DNA of 64,000 nucleotides from the NCBI GenBank assembly GCA_045578345.1, contig JAZNKB010000008.1, forward strand, positions 121,376 through 185,375, given 5' to 3'. Made by a program: the position numbers and the translations under genes. This DNA comes from Candidatus Onthoplasma sp. (GTDB lineage: Bacteria; Bacillota; Clostridia; Christensenellales; UBA1242). The notes under the pieces were generated by a model that made no database searches, was not told where the DNA came from, and was given only the letters and a program-made list of their open reading frames with translations. This document shows positions 1 to 9,743 of this stretch, piece after piece (positions within the stretch are counted from its first letter, which is position 1; the number at the start of each line of letters is the position of its first letter).

Positions 1-516
1 AATGTTGTTTTTTATCTTTAGATAATCTGTATTGTTTACAATGTTATACAAATCTTCTTTATTAACTTTTTCATTATTTGTAAGGGCTAATCTTTCGACT
101 TCGTGTTTTTTCCCTTCAATTGTTGCAAACAGTTTGATTCTTTTATTTATTAGATCAAATATATCTTTTTTATCAATTTCATCCTCTTCAAAATCAGCAC
201 AATTCTTGTCAATAAAAATTCCGCCAAACGGATCAAAATAATACGGATATAGTTTACAAACATCGGGTCTAGCATTGTAAATGGCACATTTCCCATTTAT
301 AAATGCCTTGCATGATCTGTCTTTATTTAAAGCAACAAACGGCATACCATCAATATATTCTATATATTCATCACCAAAATTATTTACAATTGCTTCCAAT
401 TCATCGTCTGAGAGTAATATTTGATTAAATAAGTCTCCATTCGAATGCTTAAAAGCATTAGCCAACCCAACAAAATTATTCCCACAACAGTTATTAGGAC
501 AATTTTCACAGCGCAT
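1..516 (-). CDS. YkgJ-family cysteine-cluster (Zn/Fe-chelating) protein, 3' end outside window
   Basis: Hand translation from ATG at 516 (RBS AAGGAG): MRCENCPNNCCG...RSCKAFINGKCAIYNARPDVCKLYPY; CxxCxxxCC and C-x-IY-xx-RP-xx-C-x-x-YP motifs; open to position 1; absent from the ORF track. Confidence 0.85.
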   Translation of the reverse strand, partial: MRCENCPNNCCGNNFVGLANAFKHSNGDLFNQILLSDDELEAIVNNFGDEYIEYIDGMPFVALNKDRSCKAFINGKCAIYNARPDVCKLYPYYFDPFGGIFIDKNCADFEEDEIDKKDIFDLINKRIKLFATIEGKKHEVERLALTNNEKVNKEDLYNIVNNTDYLKIKNNI

Positions 517-706
517 CAGTCTTTCTCCTTTGATTATTATATAGTAATATTATAGCATATAATAATAATTTCTGATATTCTTTTTTTAAAATTTACCCAT
601 ATTCTTTCTAACAAATTTTAGAACGCCTATTTGTCAGTGGCAAAAACCGTTGATGTGAATGTTGGTTTTGTTTAATAAATTTATAATTAACATATCTTAT
701 TTTTAA

Positions 707-866
707 TGATATTGCTTTGCAATGATATTTGAATTTTACAAATGATATTTTGATTACATCAAAATGATATGATATTCACTAATTTTGCGATAGTAAAATA
801 TCATTTCGTTAGAAATATCATATTTGTGCTAACAAATATATCATTCACTTGTGAATATCATTGCAA
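707..866. repeat. TGATA/TATCA multi-hairpin palindromic repeat element
   Basis: Five TGATA units followed by four TATCA units, mostly separated by short hairpins. Confidence 0.7.
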
Positions 867-867
867 A

Positions 868-890
868 TAAAAAACACCCTTTCGGGTGTT
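868..890. terminator. Intrinsic terminator-like hairpin
   Basis: AAAAAACACCC-TTTC-GGGTGTT. Confidence 0.55.
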
Positions 891-921
891 AAGCACACCA
901 GTGCGGTCCGGTACGACAGGG

Positions 922-959
922 CGAACCCCAGGATGCTGTTAACATCAACGGTTTTCAAG
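922..959 (-). repeat. att-like 38-bp duplicate of tRNA-Ser (anticodon loop to T-arm)
   Basis: CGAACCCCAGGATGCTGTTAACATCAACGGTTTTCAAG is identical to 3673-3710. Confidence 0.9.
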
Positions 960-1235
960 TTTTACCGATTAATTTTTATCTAAGATTATTTTAGTTTATC
1001 TAATCTCTTCTAATCCTTTATTTATAAATCAAAACTGCCAATATAAAGTTTAATAAAGATTAAGTAAGATTAAACACTATTAAATCAAGTTTAGATAAGA
1101 TTTAAACCAAAAACATTCGTTTTATTAGAAATTTTTTAGAACAATCCAACAGTTTTTTAACTACTATTGAAATATTTTTTTAATACATATTGAAATTTTA
1201 AGGATTATATGATATTATATAGGCAAGAGGTAGTT

Positions 1236-2408
1236 ATGTCTAAAAGTATTATACAAAAAATGATAGATGAAGGAGTTTTATCTCAAAGAGATATTGCAGA
1301 TTATTATCAACAAGAACTTAAAGCAATTTATGAAGAACCTCAATTTAGTAAATATGGATCAACGATGATTGCTGGTAAAACTTATGTAGTTCTTAAGAAA
1401 TTTGATGCAAGGGACTTAACAGAATCTGGAGAACCAATTATTAGAAAAGACACTGCTATAATAGGAGAAGATGCTTTCAGAGGTTGTAAAGATATTAAAA
1501 GAATTGTCTTACATAGCGGAATAAAAGAAATAGGAGAAAATGCTTTTGCTGGTTGTAGTAATTTAGAATCTGTAAAATTGCCGGCTCAATTATCTTCAAT
1601 ACGTAGTGGCGCTTTTAGATGGTGCGAAAAATTATTAGATATAAATATCAATGATCTTAAGGGCTATATTGATGTTGGTAAACAAAGTTTATTTGATAAA
1701 AGGCGACGTGATGTATTTTATGGAACACCTATTGAAGATCAGTGTTATGAACAGATTGACAACCATAGGAAATCTCTAAACAAATCATCTGGAATCAACG
1801 AACCAATAAATAGTTGGGTTGTAGAAGGAAAATTGGTAGAATTTGACGACAGGGACTTGGGTGAACATGGAGAATATAACGTTCCATACGGCGTTGTTAT
1901 TATTGGAAAAGAAGTGTTTAATGATAATAGAAAATTGAAAACCATAAAATTTTCATCGAGTGTTAAAAAAATTGAAAAAAGAGCTTTTGCACTCTGTAGA
2001 AATTTAGAAAAAGTTGAGATGTTGGATAGTGTTGAATGTATAAATGATGAGGCATTTTTTAAATGTGAATCTTTAAAAGAGATAATTCTTTCTAATAAAA
2101 TTAGTCATTTACCTTATCGCGTATTTGCAGGGTGTTATGAACTTGAAAAAATTAAACTTCCAGAATCTATAGAGGGTATTGGGGATAGGGCTTTCATGAG
2201 TTGTTTTAAAATACAAAAGTTTAATATACCGAGGGATTTGCGATATGTAAGCGATCATGCATTTGTGTGGGCGCCCTCTGCTGCAGAGAAATTTATGACA
2301 GCTCTTAAAGAAGCTATAGCACAAGGTGTTTTTGGGTATTATAAAATTGATCAAATAGTAGAAGGTGGCTGTTTCTTCTGTGATGGAGAAATAATAAGAG
2401 GTAAGTGA
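1236..2408 (+). CDS. BspA/LRR_5-type leucine-rich repeat protein
   Basis: Repeated IgxxAFxxCxxLxxIxLP units in two blocks; RBS GAGGT before ATG 1236. Confidence 0.85.
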   Translation: MSKSIIQKMIDEGVLSQRDIADYYQQELKAIYEEPQFSKYGSTMIAGKTYVVLKKFDARDLTESGEPIIRKDTAIIGEDAFRGCKDIKRIVLHSGIKEIGENAFAGCSNLESVKLPAQLSSIRSGAFRWCEKLLDININDLKGYIDVGKQSLFDKRRRDVFYGTPIEDQCYEQIDNHRKSLNKSSGINEPINSWVVEGKLVEFDDRDLGEHGEYNVPYGVVIIGKEVFNDNRKLKTIKFSSSVKKIEKRAFALCRNLEKVEMLDSVECINDEAFFKCESLKEIILSNKISHLPYRVFAGCYELEKIKLPESIEGIGDRAFMSCFKIQKFNIPRDLRYVSDHAFVWAPSAAEKFMTALKEAIAQGVFGYYKIDQIVEGGCFFCDGEIIRGK

Positions 2409-2698
2409 TAATATTAAATTGCTATAGCACAATTAAAAAGTAATACAAACGTATTGCTTTTTTTAATTAACATTAATAAAACTAACAATAAAAAAGAAGT
2501 GGGTGTCCCACTTGCTTTAAGGGTTATGTGGAGCGATTCAAAATGCATCTCGGGGTGTGTTCAACTGAACCACCAAAAATCCCTTTATTTTAAGGGGTTT
2601 TTAGAGTTAAAATTTTAATTTTGAATCTGCTCCTTATCCTGCTCCCTAAAATTTTATTAAAAAACACCCAAACTTTTGTTGGTTGAGTGTTAATAAAA

Positions 2699-3376
2699 TT
2701 ATTTGATTAGAATATCTTCTTCGCTGGAAGGGTCCGGTTCGCTTGCTTTTCTTTTAGCTAAACGTTTTTCTTGTAATAATTTGATTTGTTCATTTATGGA
2801 GTTGATTTCTTCTTCTATTTCTTTTTCTTCTTGGGTTAATACTATGCAATTATTATGTAATTCAGTTATAAGTTGTTCAAGTTCTAAGTATTTTAAATAA
2901 ATTAAAACTGCTTCTGCTTGTGCTTTTTTATTAGGGTCAATCTTCAACTCTTCACCCTTTTCTAAATATTCTTCTAGCATATTATATAAAGATTCTTGAT
3001 CGTATTCTAGATCTAAATCTATAGATTTTTTTACTGATTTAATCGATAAGCGTTTTTCCGCTATTTCTTTATTTTTCTTTTCATGCCATTTAGACCTTTC
3101 TTCACCGTCAAAAAAAATAGGTGTTGCACAAAGAGTTACTAGTCCAGGTTCATCGAACTGATTACGCTTCCTGCTAAAACTATTTTCATATATTCTAAAA
3201 CTTCTACCTTCTCTTAGTCCTCGTTCAGTCATAATGTTAAACCAATCTCTAAAATAAAAGATATGAGAATCTTCTCTTTCCCTCGCTCTAACACCAGAAC
3301 TTTCTGGATAACCAGTGCTGTCCCAAAAAAATGAATTTAAAATATCTTCAATTTGTTTTTCACCAATTTTATTCAT
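2699..3376 (-). CDS. Hypothetical protein with C-terminal coiled coil
   Basis: 225-aa ORF, RBS GGAG, E/K-rich heptads. Confidence 0.7.
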   Translation of the reverse strand: MNKIGEKQIEDILNSFFWDSTGYPESSGVRAREREDSHIFYFRDWFNIMTERGLREGRSFRIYENSFSRKRNQFDEPGLVTLCATPIFFDGEERSKWHEKKNKEIAEKRLSIKSVKKSIDLDLEYDQESLYNMLEEYLEKGEELKIDPNKKAQAEAVLIYLKYLELEQLITELHNNCIVLTQEEKEIEEEINSINEQIKLLQEKRLAKRKASEPDPSSEEDILIK

Positions 3377-3653
3377 TTTGAACTCCTATAACAATTTTAT
3401 ATTATCACAAATCAATAAAATTTACAACCCCAAGATTAAAAATTTATCTAATGTTGTGTCTAATATTTTTCTAACAAATTTCATTAGACACGAAAAAAGT
3501 GTGATTTTTCTGTTAGACATTTTGTTAGACATGATTTGTTAGTGTTAAAAACTGACGAGGTGAAAGTTGTTTTTGTTTATTTTAGATTTTACAATATATA
3601 GTATTGAGTTCATTATTAAATAAAAAAGAACACCGTATTTGGTGCTCTTTGTC

Positions 3654-3742
3654 TGGCGCAGAGTTAGGGATTCGAACCCCAGGATGCTGTTAACATCAAC
3701 GGTTTTCAAGACCGCCGCTTTCGACCGCTCAGCCAACTCTGC
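3654..3742 (-). tRNA. tRNA-Ser(UGA)
   Basis: GCAGAGTTGGCTGAGCGGTCGAAAGCGGCGGTC-TTGAAA-ACCGTTGATGTTAACAGCATCCTGGGGTTCGAATCCCTAACTCTGCGCCA; long variable arm, encoded CCA. Confidence 0.97.
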
Positions 3743-3978
3743 ATATCGGTTTACTTTATTATGTTAACATATTAATTTTGTTTTGGCAAGTGTTTAACTA
3801 AAAATTTTTTATTTTTTTATTGTTATTATCAACAAAACACATTTTCGCTAGAAAATTGTTTTCTTTAGCAACAGTTTCTTATGTTTTAATTTACATCTTT
3901 GCTATCAAACAAGTTTCAGACGAAAGCATGCTCTTTTTAGAAGTAATAAAAAACACCACATTTATGGTGTTTCTTAGA

Positions 3979-5067
3979 TTATTTTAAATTTTTTATTTGT
4001 TCCCAAGTGTATTCGCTCCAACCGAAATGACCAAAACTTGCAGTTTGTTTATATATTGGCTTTAATAAATCCAATTCTTTTATCATATTCGCTGGGCGGA
4101 AATCGAAGTTATCGTTTACATATTTATAGATTTTTTCCAATTTAACTTTTTCAGTTCCAAACGTTTCTATATACATTGAAAGCGGTTTTGCAATTCCAAT
4201 TCCATAAGAAACTTGAATTTCACATCTTTCAGCGAAACCATTCGCAACAATATTTTTTGCCACATATCTAGCATAATATGCTCCGCTCCTATCTATCTTT
4301 GTTGCATTCTTACTGCTAAAACATCCGCCACCAACACGGCCAACACCGCCATAAGTGTCGACAATAATTTTTCTTCCAACACAACCGCTGTCACCAAAAG
4401 AACCCCAAATTGTAAACTTACCGCTTGGATTGATTATATACTCAGTGTCTTTGACCAATTCCTTATATTCTTTTAAAACAGGGTTAATCACATTTTTAAT
4501 GATTAATTCACGAATCTCTTTGTTGTTTAAACTTTCATTGTGCGAAGCTGAAACAAGAATTGTTGTAAACCTCATTGGTTTTTCTTTATCGTATTCAACA
4601 CTAACTTGACATTTTGCATCTGCAAAGAATTTATCACCCAATCTTCTATATTCGTCGTATTTTTTCATTAGCTTATGAGCAACCATGATTGGAAGTGGCA
4701 TAAATTCTTTTGTTTCATTTGTTGCATAGCCATATGCCATACCTTGGTCATTTGCGCAAATTTCATCTCCCAACACCGCTTTATTGATTTCTGGACTTTG
4801 AATTGAAATTTGTTTTACAATTTTAAACTTTTGAGTGTAACCAATTTGCTTTAGCGCATTTTTTGCAATTTTTTCATAATCAACCTTTGCTTTGGTTGTT
4901 GCTTCACCATAAACAAAAAGTTTGTTATCTTTAATGGCGCACTCAACTGCCATCATTGAATTTGGGTCTTGGCTTAGTGCTTCATCTAAAAAGCAATCTG
5001 CAATGTAGTCGCAGGTTTTGTCTGGATGTCCAATATTCACAGACTCACTTGTTACAATTTTTTTCAT
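3979..5067 (-). CDS. metK: S-adenosylmethionine synthetase
   Basis: SESVxxGHPDK, NDQG, GRKIIVDTYGG, GGGCFSSK, DRSGAYYAR, FGHFG motifs. Confidence 0.96.
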   Translation of the reverse strand: MKKIVTSESVNIGHPDKTCDYIADCFLDEALSQDPNSMMAVECAIKDNKLFVYGEATTKAKVDYEKIAKNALKQIGYTQKFKIVKQISIQSPEINKAVLGDEICANDQGMAYGYATNETKEFMPLPIMVAHKLMKKYDEYRRLGDKFFADAKCQVSVEYDKEKPMRFTTILVSASHNESLNNKEIRELIIKNVINPVLKEYKELVKDTEYIINPSGKFTIWGSFGDSGCVGRKIIVDTYGGVGRVGGGCFSSKNATKIDRSGAYYARYVAKNIVANGFAERCEIQVSYGIGIAKPLSMYIETFGTEKVKLEKIYKYVNDNFDFRPANMIKELDLLKPIYKQTASFGHFGWSEYTWEQIKNLK

Positions 5068-5161
5068 TTTTTCTCCTTACAAAAATATATTTCCACAAAG
5101 TAATCGGTCTTTAAAAATAAAACAATTTTCCACAAAAATATGTTTCGTTGTTAATCACAAT

Positions 5162-5183
5162 AAAAAAACCATCGTACTGATGG
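5162..5183 (-). terminator. Riboswitch expression-platform terminator
   Basis: CCATC-AGTAC-GATGG followed by a T7 tract on the minus strand; CCATCAG can alternatively pair with CTGATGG of the P1 3' strand. Confidence 0.75.
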
Positions 5184-5193
5184 CAAAACACAC

Positions 5194-5277
5194 ATCCATC
5201 AGTCAGCCTTTAGCACCACGAATAACTCAGGTTGCTGTGTGGTCAACGGGGCTGTCCCTCGCACACTCTTTATGGAT
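5194..5277 (-). ncRNA. SAM-I clan riboswitch (compact, apparently lacking P4)
   Basis: ATCCAT-AAAGAG...GAGGGACAGCCCCGTTGACC...GCAACC...GGTGCT...GATGGAT directly upstream of metK. Confidence 0.88.
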
Positions 5278-5409
5278 ACTTATATATTACAACATTTAAA
5301 ATACATTTTGCAAATGATTTTTTAATGTTTTTTACATTTAACAAAACACATTATTAATAAAATACTCTTTTCAGTGAAAAAAGGTCTAGCAATCAGCTAA
5401 ACCTTTTAA

Positions 5410-6666
5410 TTAGATTTCACCTCTCCAAGAATTCATATTCTTTTCAAACATTAAGATTCCGCAATTGCTAACTTTTGATTGCAATTCATCCATATCAAGC
5501 AAAGCCTTAATATAATAACCTTCTTCTGAACGTAAAGATTCAAAGTCTTTAAGTGATTTTGCAAGTATATCAACAGTGTTAATGTCTTTTGTTGATTTAT
5601 AGAAGAAATGACCAAATAGCCCTGCAAACACCTTGAGCATTGAAAGTTTCTTATTATATGTTTTGATGTCAATAAATGCGTTATAGGCAAGTTTTACATA
5701 TTTTTCGATTTTCTCATCAGTAACTTCTGTTAGAACAATTCCATATCTTTCTTTTGCTTTAAGAGTGTTTTGGAATAATTCTGTTTCGAAAATTGTTTTA
5801 CAAGTATGAACAATGTGTTCTTCTTTAACTCTATTTTTTGCCATTAAGAAGAAATCCCAGAAGAAGAAATCAAAACTTCTAACATATTGCAATTCATCTT
5901 TCTTGTTTGGGAAGAACTTTGTTAATGAATTAACTCTATATTCGTGATTCTTCATACCCATGTGCCAAATTGTACTTTTCTTTTCCCAGAAGAAATCTTG
6001 AGAATAAATTGAATTTACAGCACTTGCTGGCAAGTTTGGATTATATGGTGCACAATAATAATGATGCAACACTTCATCAGTGAAAGCAATCTTTTTCATA
6101 TTGTGCAAGTTGTCAAGATTGTATAATTCATCTTCATTAAATTTAACACCTGGCACGAATGATTCTGTTAAACATTCTCTTTTTGTAATCTTATTCCAAG
6201 GAACACCTAGAACAAAGAAGTCTTGATAAAATTCCAAGAAGTCCTTTTCGTTTAACATATCAAAAACTCTATCACCTTTTGTGTGTTGTTCAAAACAAGG
6301 ATGTGTAAAATTACACACACACATATCCGCGCCTGTTTCTTCTATTTTATTATACATCTTTTCAATTGCCATTGGAGTTGTGTAATTGTCGTCAGCATCC
6401 AAGAACATAACATAATCTCCACTTGCAGCAGAAACTCCATTGTTTCTTGCAACCGAAACACCTGCATTTTCTTGAGTGATAACACGAATACGATCATCAA
6501 TCATTGCAAATTGTTTTGCAACATCCAATGTTCCATCACAACTTCCATCATTAACAATGATAATTTCCAAATTTTTATAACTTTGTTCACGCAAACTATT
6601 TAATGAGATTGGCAAACATTTCTCAGCATTGTAGCATGGAATAATTACAGATATTAAATCTTTCAT
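5410..6666 (-). CDS. Glycosyltransferase family 2
   Basis: ISVIIPCYN, VNDGSCD, ARNxG, FLDADD, PWNK, ED motifs. Confidence 0.92.
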   Translation of the reverse strand: MKDLISVIIPCYNAEKCLPISLNSLREQSYKNLEIIIVNDGSCDGTLDVAKQFAMIDDRIRVITQENAGVSVARNNGVSAASGDYVMFLDADDNYTTPMAIEKMYNKIEETGADMCVCNFTHPCFEQHTKGDRVFDMLNEKDFLEFYQDFFVLGVPWNKITKRECLTESFVPGVKFNEDELYNLDNLHNMKKIAFTDEVLHHYYCAPYNPNLPASAVNSIYSQDFFWEKKSTIWHMGMKNHEYRVNSLTKFFPNKKDELQYVRSFDFFFWDFFLMAKNRVKEEHIVHTCKTIFETELFQNTLKAKERYGIVLTEVTDEKIEKYVKLAYNAFIDIKTYNKKLSMLKVFAGLFGHFFYKSTKDINTVDILAKSLKDFESLRSEEGYYIKALLDMDELQSKVSNCGILMFEKNMNSWRGEI

Positions 6667-7002
6667 AAATATATTAAACCCCTAAATATTTCCTTTTATA
6701 AATTTTTGAAAAGTTAAACCATAATGCTTTTAAACTTTAACTCTTCATTCCCCAATAAGATTACCTTATTGTTGATTGTATCTTAACAATAAATACTCAT
6801 TTTATCAATAGAATTTGCAATTTTTTACTATAATATTTAAAAACCAAAAAATAGAGTAATTCTACTTTTATGAGAGTTGATTTTTTAAGGTCTAATTTTG
6901 AGAGAATTTGCAAATTTATTTGCTTTATTTATTTAAATATGCTAATATCTTAGTATAAAAGTTGATGATTAAAGCAAAATCAACCCATAAATTGAGGTGA
7001 AA

Positions 7003-7698
7003 ATGGAAGAAAATAAGGATTTTAATGCTATTGTTGGCAAAAACTTACTTACACTTCGTAAAAATATGAAATTAACTCAAATGGAAGTTGCAGAGAGATT
7101 TAATTATTCTGATAAGTCGATTTCCAAATGGGAAAAAGGTGAATCTCTACCAAGTGTGGATGTTTTGTGTGAGTTGGCAAACTTTTATGGCGTAACTTTG
7201 GATGATTTAACCAAAAAAATTACTGAAATTCCACAACCAGTAGAGTTAAAAAAGACAAAAAAACAAAAAAAAGAACGCACACCACGTGCATTTTCAACAC
7301 ATTTAATGATAACATTAATCAGTGTTGGTGCGGTTTGGCTTTGCGCAACTATTTTATTTGTTTTACTCAAACTATTTGCTGAAACAAATTATTATATGAG
7401 CTTTATGTGGGCTGGCGTTGCTTCGCTGATTGTATTGATTATATTCAATTCAATTTGGGGCAGAATGAGATATCTCTTCCCTATTCTTACAGTTCTTTTG
7501 TGGTTGTTCCTTGCTTGTTTACAAATTCAAATTTATCTTCCAACCCATATTAATATTTGGCCAATTTATGTTCTTGGAATTCCTCTTCAAGTTTTAATTG
7601 TGCTTTGGGGAATCATGATTAAAAAGCCAAAAGGTTATAATAAAAAGAAAAAAGAACAAGTAACAACCGAAAACACAGAAATTGAGACAAATTCTTAA
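7003..7698 (+). CDS. XRE-family HTH protein with four C-terminal TM helices
   Basis: LTQMEVAERFNYSDKSISKWEKGESLPS followed by hydrophobic segments. Confidence 0.88.
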   Translation: MEENKDFNAIVGKNLLTLRKNMKLTQMEVAERFNYSDKSISKWEKGESLPSVDVLCELANFYGVTLDDLTKKITEIPQPVELKKTKKQKKERTPRAFSTHLMITLISVGAVWLCATILFVLLKLFAETNYYMSFMWAGVASLIVLIIFNSIWGRMRYLFPILTVLLWLFLACLQIQIYLPTHINIWPIYVLGIPLQVLIVLWGIMIKKPKGYNKKKKEQVTTENTEIETNS

Positions 7699-7786
7699 TC
7701 AACGAAAAAGACACTCCAAAAATGAGTGTCTTTTTTATAGTCTAACAACAAGCATATTTCGTAAAAAATTATGTTTAATTCAAATT

Positions 7787-8701
7787 CTATTTAGCTTTAC
7801 CGTTTGATTTGCAAATATGTTTTATGCGGTGAATTGCACATTTTTTCACTTCTTCAATTCCAGCCAGACCATATGTTCTTGGGCAAAATTTATCTGCATA
7901 AGTGTCCATATATTCACGAACAGCTGAAGTGTAAGCTAGGCGGAAATCTGTGTCCATATTAATTTTTGCAATATGGGTTTTATGTGCATTCTTTAACAAA
8001 TCTTTATTCCCCGCTGATTTTTTAATAAATCCTCCATGATTATTGATGTTATCAACATATTCTTGGTCAACAAGCGACGCACCATGTAAAACTATTGGAG
8101 TGTTTGGAATTTCCTTTTCAATTTCTTTTAAGATATCATATCTAATTTTTGGCTCTCCAACATATTTATTAACACCATGATTTGTTCCAATTGAAACAGC
8201 AAGCGAATCAACACCTGTTAGTTCAACAAATTCTTTTGCTTGTTTTGGGTTAGTAAATCTTTCGCCATCACTAAGCATGCCATCATCATTTGAAACTGAA
8301 AGAACACCAAGTTCTCCTTCAACTGAAACATTGAACTTATGTGCATATGTCACAACTTTCTTTGTTTGCTTAACATTTTCCTTAAAAGGAAGAGTTGAGC
8401 CATCAATCATAACACTATCAAAACCAAGTTTTATCACTCTTTTACATATTTCAAAATCTTTTCCATGGTCAAGATGTATTGAAATTGGCAACTTGATTTT
8501 TTTCACAGCTTGAATTATTCCAAACATTATATCGTCAGAGAAATAATTCAATGCACTTTCACTAACTTGCAATATGACTGGTGATTTTGTTTCAACACAA
8601 GCGTCAATTACCCCTCTTAAAATTTCAAAATTAGCAAAATTAAACGCTGGAACAATATAATTATTCTTAATTGCATCTTTAAGCATTTTAACTTGTTTCA
8701 T
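7787..8701 (-). CDS. fba: Class II fructose-bisphosphate aldolase
   Basis: HLDHG, SVMIDGS, VEGELG, GTNHG, VLHGAS, KINMDTD. Confidence 0.92.
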   Translation of the reverse strand: MKQVKMLKDAIKNNYIVPAFNFANFEILRGVIDACVETKSPVILQVSESALNYFSDDIMFGIIQAVKKIKLPISIHLDHGKDFEICKRVIKLGFDSVMIDGSTLPFKENVKQTKKVVTYAHKFNVSVEGELGVLSVSNDDGMLSDGERFTNPKQAKEFVELTGVDSLAVSIGTNHGVNKYVGEPKIRYDILKEIEKEIPNTPIVLHGASLVDQEYVDNINNHGGFIKKSAGNKDLLKNAHKTHIAKINMDTDFRLAYTSAVREYMDTYADKFCPRTYGLAGIEEVKKCAIHRIKHICKSNGKAK

Positions 8702-8938
8702 TTTCACCCCTTAAAATTATTAATTTAGATTAAGCTGAAACTAATTTTTAAATCATCCTCTTAATTTAAATCATGAACTGATTACGTTGAGCCTTTTGTG
8801 CTAACACCGAAGCGAAACGCAACTATTAAGATTATTTTATCACAATTTTAATAAAACACAAATAAATTTAACAATTAACGACAAATTGTTTTTAAATTTG
8901 GTTAAAATATTGTATAATGAAAATAATAGGGGAAAATT

Positions 8939-9673
8939 ATGAAGGTTGTTTATGTCGTTGACAGCATTAGTGAACTTACGCAAAAAATCAATTTAATCAA
9001 AAATCGATTTGGTGACAACATTCTTTATGTTGTTCGCGCCGACTTGGTTGATTTGTTTAAAACTTATGGTTTTATGCCAAATGCTGTGTATTATAATAAT
9101 TTAACATCAATCATTCACTCAATGCTTTTAAAGTGTGAAGTTGACGATTTAATTATTTGTTACTCCAGCTTAAAATTTGATGATAAATTATTAAACAAAT
9201 TCATCACTGCGATTGGAAACAAAATAAAAATTGTTAATTTAATGCCCCAATATAATATATTTGAACAAGTGTGCAATTCTGCATACAATGTTTATGTGAA
9301 GTCTTTGTTTAAAGTTAAAGACAGTTTGGTTAGCCCAAAATTGCAATTCATTCCACAAGAGATGTCTATTAATTTAATTTCTTCTCACTTAGGAAATAGA
9401 TTATTCGAATTAGACCCTGAAATGAGCAAAAATATAACCGTTGAAAACCCTGAGATTAATAGAACCATGAAAACAAAATCTCCATGCTTAAAATTCAATT
9501 TGATTGCTTGCATCATTGCTTTAGTTATCACAATAGGACTTATGTCATCAATAGCATGGTTTAAACCGCACTTTTTGATTATTTTAACTTGCATTATTTT
9601 ATATATCTTAGACATTATGCTAACTATAATATTCCTATGCAAAGCGAAATTCGACCGACGATTTTTAAAATAA
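8939..9673 (+). CDS. Membrane protein resembling a degenerate GtrB-type GT2 (two C-terminal TMs)
   Basis: 244-aa ORF with RBS; GT-A-like strand pattern, amphipathic helix and two terminal TMs, but no DxD. Confidence 0.6.
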   Translation: MKVVYVVDSISELTQKINLIKNRFGDNILYVVRADLVDLFKTYGFMPNAVYYNNLTSIIHSMLLKCEVDDLIICYSSLKFDDKLLNKFITAIGNKIKIVNLMPQYNIFEQVCNSAYNVYVKSLFKVKDSLVSPKLQFIPQEMSINLISSHLGNRLFELDPEMSKNITVENPEINRTMKTKSPCLKFNLIACIIALVITIGLMSSIAWFKPHFLIILTCIILYILDIMLTIIFLCKAKFDRRFLK

Positions 9674-9743
9674 CACAATTTCTACGAAAATATGTTTTGT
9701 TGTTAATAACATAAAAAACGGCTTAAAACAAGCCGTTTTTTTA

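Noticed and set aside
3545-3736. 63-aa ORF
   Set aside because: Shadow of tRNA-Ser
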